A stretch of 64,000 nucleotides of DNA, from the NCBI GenBank assembly GCA_017857175.1, contig JAFMDS010000002.1:58704-122703 (forward strand). The letters are read 5' to 3'. Shown here one piece after another: positions 61,387 through 64,000 of the stretch. The notes beneath the pieces were generated by a model. It did not search any database. It was given only the letters and a program-made list of their open reading frames with translations, and was not told where the DNA came from. Made by a program: the position numbers and the translations under genes. Within the stretch, counting starts at the first letter, position 1. Each line of letters starts with the position of its first letter. This DNA comes from Candidatus Nanopelagicales bacterium. GTDB lineage: Bacteria; Actinomycetota; Actinomycetes; S36-B12.

Positions 61387-62156
61387 TGAAGGATTTGGCA
61401 ACACTTGAAGGCAAGAAGATCTTGATGACCGGTGGAGCGGGCAATATTGGCCGGGCATCTGCGCTGTTGTTAGCCGAAAAAGGAGCTACCATCGCAATTG
61501 GTGATCTCGATCTCGCAGGAACACAAGAAACTGTCGAGATGATTGAAAGTGCTGGTGGTAAAGCGAAGGCATTCCAGCTTGATGTCCGCAGCGAGGCAGA
61601 AGTAGCAAACTTTGTCACTCAGGCAGCGAGTTACCTCGGCGGCGTTGTTGACGGTGTGTTCTTAAACGCTGGGCTTCAGAGGTCTGGTCGGGTAGATGAG
61701 TTCGACAGCGACGATTGGGATGCGCTCTTTGATGTCAATCCGCGTCACTGCTTCTACGTGACTAAACACGTTGTTCCGATACTTAAGGCCCAAAATGGGG
61801 GAGCGATCGTGATGACTGCCTCCCTCGCTGGGGTTAAGGGGGGCCCAGGAATGACCGCATACTCCGCTTCAAAAGGGGCAATTATTGGATTTGGCAAATC
61901 GCTTGCTGCAGAAATGGCACCGTTCGATGTTCGCGTGAATGTACTGTGTCCAGGATGGATTGATACGGCATTTAATGAACCCGCAATTAATTTCATGGGG
62001 GGAGTCGATGCCCATGCCGAGGCCATTAAGGCAATTGTGCCATTGCGCAGGCAAGGATCTAATGAGGAAATTGCTCAAGCTGTGTTGTTCTTGATATCAG
62101 ATGCTTCCTCATATATGACAGGACAGTCAATGATTATTGATGGTGGTGTCTATTAG
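61383..62156 (+). CDS. short-chain dehydrogenase/reductase (classical SDR)
   Basis: Motifs TGGAGNIGRA, NAG, S..YSASKGA (the catalytic YxxxK) and PGWIDT are present. A 4-bp overlap joins it to the glcG-like gene. Confidence 0.9.
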   Translation: MMKDLATLEGKKILMTGGAGNIGRASALLLAEKGATIAIGDLDLAGTQETVEMIESAGGKAKAFQLDVRSEAEVANFVTQAASYLGGVVDGVFLNAGLQRSGRVDEFDSDDWDALFDVNPRHCFYVTKHVVPILKAQNGGAIVMTASLAGVKGGPGMTAYSASKGAIIGFGKSLAAEMAPFDVRVNVLCPGWIDTAFNEPAINFMGGVDAHAEAIKAIVPLRRQGSNEEIAQAVLFLISDASSYMTGQSMIIDGGVY

Positions 62157-62231
62157 TTCTCGAACCAGATTCATATCTCGAAGAGAGCAGGATTAGGCTT
62201 CCCAACTCATGGTCTATGCGGGGAGGGCACA

Positions 62232-63272
62232 GTGACATCGGAGTTAGGTTCTACATCAAGGGTTACTATGGCGACTGTCGCAGAAGTGGCAGGTGTTTCC
62301 GTTGCTTCTGTATCGAATGCCCTGAATGAAAGAGTTGGCCTGAGCCCTGAGGTTCGGTCCCGCATTTTAGCCGTCGCTGACGGACTGGGTTATCGAAGGA
62401 ACACTTTGGCGCAGGAGCTGCGAATCGGTCGTTCGCGCACAGTTGGGCTTAGTGTGGTGGATCTGGCGAATCCCTTTTACGCTGATCTGTCACAAGGCGT
62501 AGTAAAGACGGCTGGAGAACATGACTATGACGTCTTTCTTTCTAGTGTAGGGCCCGAGAGTGAGTCACTGAAGGAGGTAGTGGACGGCTTCCTAGATCGA
62601 AGACTTGGCGGTTTGCTGTTTACGTCATTGACGAATGCGGACGCAGAATTGCTCCGGAGATTGCAGAAGCACGCCATCCCTTTTGTCAAACTCGTGCGCG
62701 ATGTTCAAGGCGTGGTAGCTGACTGGGTTGGCATAGACGACTACTCAGGTGGAGTAGCTCTGGGCGATCACATTGCAGCAACTGGAAGAAAAACGGTGGC
62801 CTGCTTGGGTGGACCCTCTGACTCCAATGCTTCAGCGGCCCGCGTAAATGGTATTCGGATGGGCTTGGCAAGAAAGGGCATCAATTTGATTAATGAAGCT
62901 CAGCCAAATTTACATGGAACACCAACTCGCATGTCAGGGTACAACCGGGCATTGAGTCTGCTGCAGGAGAACAAGCGTATCGAGTGCATTATTGGGGGGA
63001 ATGACGTAATTGCCATTGGCATTCTTGACGCCTGCAGAGATAATGGATTCTCAGTACCTGAAGATATCGCTGTCGCCGGGTTCGATAACATGACGTTTTC
63101 GTCCGCAGGCCCATTGGAATTGACCACGGTTGATGTTCCCCGCGAACAAATTGGAGCAATTGGCATGAAATTCCTCATCGAGAGAATGGATGGCTTCACT
63201 GGACCCCCACGACGCAAATTTTTGCCGTTTGACCTTGCCATTCGTTCCTCAACTAGCCCAAAAAGTGACTGA
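62232..63272 (+). CDS. LacI-family transcriptional regulator
   Basis: The N-terminal HTH reads TMATVAEVAGVSVASVSNALN. A periplasmic-binding-protein-like effector domain follows (VGLSVVDLANPFY.., IIGGNDVIAIGIL, VAGFDN). Confidence 0.9.
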   Translation: MTSELGSTSRVTMATVAEVAGVSVASVSNALNERVGLSPEVRSRILAVADGLGYRRNTLAQELRIGRSRTVGLSVVDLANPFYADLSQGVVKTAGEHDYDVFLSSVGPESESLKEVVDGFLDRRLGGLLFTSLTNADAELLRRLQKHAIPFVKLVRDVQGVVADWVGIDDYSGGVALGDHIAATGRKTVACLGGPSDSNASAARVNGIRMGLARKGINLINEAQPNLHGTPTRMSGYNRALSLLQENKRIECIIGGNDVIAIGILDACRDNGFSVPEDIAVAGFDNMTFSSAGPLELTTVDVPREQIGAIGMKFLIERMDGFTGPPRRKFLPFDLAIRSSTSPKSD

Positions 63273-63307
63273 ATTGTGTGTTTAATACTCCATAGGGAGG
63301 TAAAACA

Positions 63308-64000
63308 ATGAATTCAGAAGTGATCCCCATTCCTGGTTGTGACATGTATACCCGCACATTTGGGACGCCAACGAGTAAAGCCGTATTGTGTTTACATTCC
63401 CTTTTTCTCAATGGTGGGATGTTTTATGAGTGGGCAGAGTCTGTGTCCGACGAACTATTTGTAGTGGTACCCGACTTTAGGGGGCAAGGGCGTAGCGCAA
63501 ACCTTGAACACCAGTCCATTCTGGACATGGACCTATACGCAGCAGATATCCAGTCTTTCATAGATGTCTTTTCCCGCCGTCATAGCGTTGACACTTATGG
63601 CCTTCTAGCGCAATCGATGGGTGGTGATGTGGGACTGCGGGTCGCTTACAACAATCCAGAGAGAATCAATTCGGTAGCCCTTCTCGGGTCTTCCGCCTGC
63701 GATGAGCCACCCAATCAACTGCAAGATTTCCACAAATGGGTCAAGGGGGTGGAGGCTTCAGGCTTTACAGGTGATGCCTTGGAATACACATACAAGGTGA
63801 TGCTTGGGGAGACCTGTCGAAATGATCCTCAGCGATCTTCCATTTCAGAGGGGCTCCGCGCACAACTGGCACAACTTGATTTAGATCTCTTGCCTGCAAT
63901 GCGTGGAGTCGTTGAACGAACGAGTGTGATGCATCATTTGCATAACATTACGATACCCACACTAATAATTTCAGGACAGGAAGATTGGGTTCGTCCACCG
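63308..64000 (+). CDS. alpha/beta-fold hydrolase, paralogue of 50065-50877; 3' end truncated by the window edge
   Basis: My own translation gives MNSEVIPIPGCDMYTRTFG..LCLHSLFLNGG..PDFRGQGRS..AQSMGGDVGLRVA..LLGSS..MLGETCRNDP..LPAMRGV..IPTLIISGQEDWVRPP, open to base 64000. GGGAGG lies upstream of the ATG. It is absent from the ORF track because no stop codon falls within the window. Confidence 0.78.
   Translation, partial: MNSEVIPIPGCDMYTRTFGTPTSKAVLCLHSLFLNGGMFYEWAESVSDELFVVVPDFRGQGRSANLEHQSILDMDLYAADIQSFIDVFSRRHSVDTYGLLAQSMGGDVGLRVAYNNPERINSVALLGSSACDEPPNQLQDFHKWVKGVEASGFTGDALEYTYKVMLGETCRNDPQRSSISEGLRAQLAQLDLDLLPAMRGVVERTSVMHHLHNITIPTLIISGQEDWVRPP

Overview
The window looks like chromosomal DNA from a compact, moderate-GC actinobacterium. 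This rests on the presence of whiA, rbpA, garA/odhI-like, sufR and mabA-inhA-like genes, and on gene order that, from memory, matches several Mycobacterium tuberculosis loci. The lineage cannot be verified without a database search. Coding density is very high, and many genes have 1-10 bp start/stop overlaps.

Positions 1-44752 are conserved core genome:
- uvrA (5' partial), a Tat-lipoprotein Rieske protein, and uvrC
- rapZ, yvcK and whiA
- gap, pgk, tpiA and secG, then rbpA
- The minus-strand pentose-phosphate operon tkt-tal-zwf-opcA-pgl
- ctaB and ctaA, then an ABC-2 exporter pair
- sufR and sufB-sufD-Rieske-sufC-sufS-sufU-sufT
- An ABC-F ATPase, an enoyl-CoA hydratase and an MsbA-like exporter
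- SURF1, a DUF3099-like protein and dodecin
- fabG(mabA)-inhA and serB
- A CDP-alcohol phosphatidyltransferase, gcvH, a garA-like FHA protein, a MerR regulator, a bifunctional-nuclease-domain protein and a second MerR regulator
- A tandem glycine riboswitch followed by gcvP, then trhO

A 485-bp AT-rich stretch with no ORF (44753-45237) separates this core from a block of 19 co-directional genes that runs to the window end (45238-64000). That block contains:
- A Liv-type ABC importer, including a LivM-LivG fusion
- An alpha/beta hydrolase, an IlvD/Edd dehydratase, an enolase-superfamily enzyme and a D-2-hydroxyacid dehydrogenase, all translationally coupled
- Two paralogous GMC flavoprotein dehydrogenases carrying an Fe-S-type Cys motif. 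Each sits next to a small subunit resembling gluconate 2-dehydrogenase subunit 3. The order is large-small-small-large, with no Tat signals and no cytochrome c gene in the window.
- An LhgO-like oxidase, a cyclase-family hydrolase, a GlcG/DUF336 protein, an SDR, a LacI regulator and a second, paralogous alpha/beta hydrolase (3' partial)

This block is the best candidate for an uncharacterised system, probably an oxidative hydroxy-acid or sugar-acid catabolic pathway whose substrate is unassigned. I recognised no rRNA, tRNA, CRISPR array, transposase or integrase. All homology statements come from reading motifs and from remembered family sequences, not from database searches.
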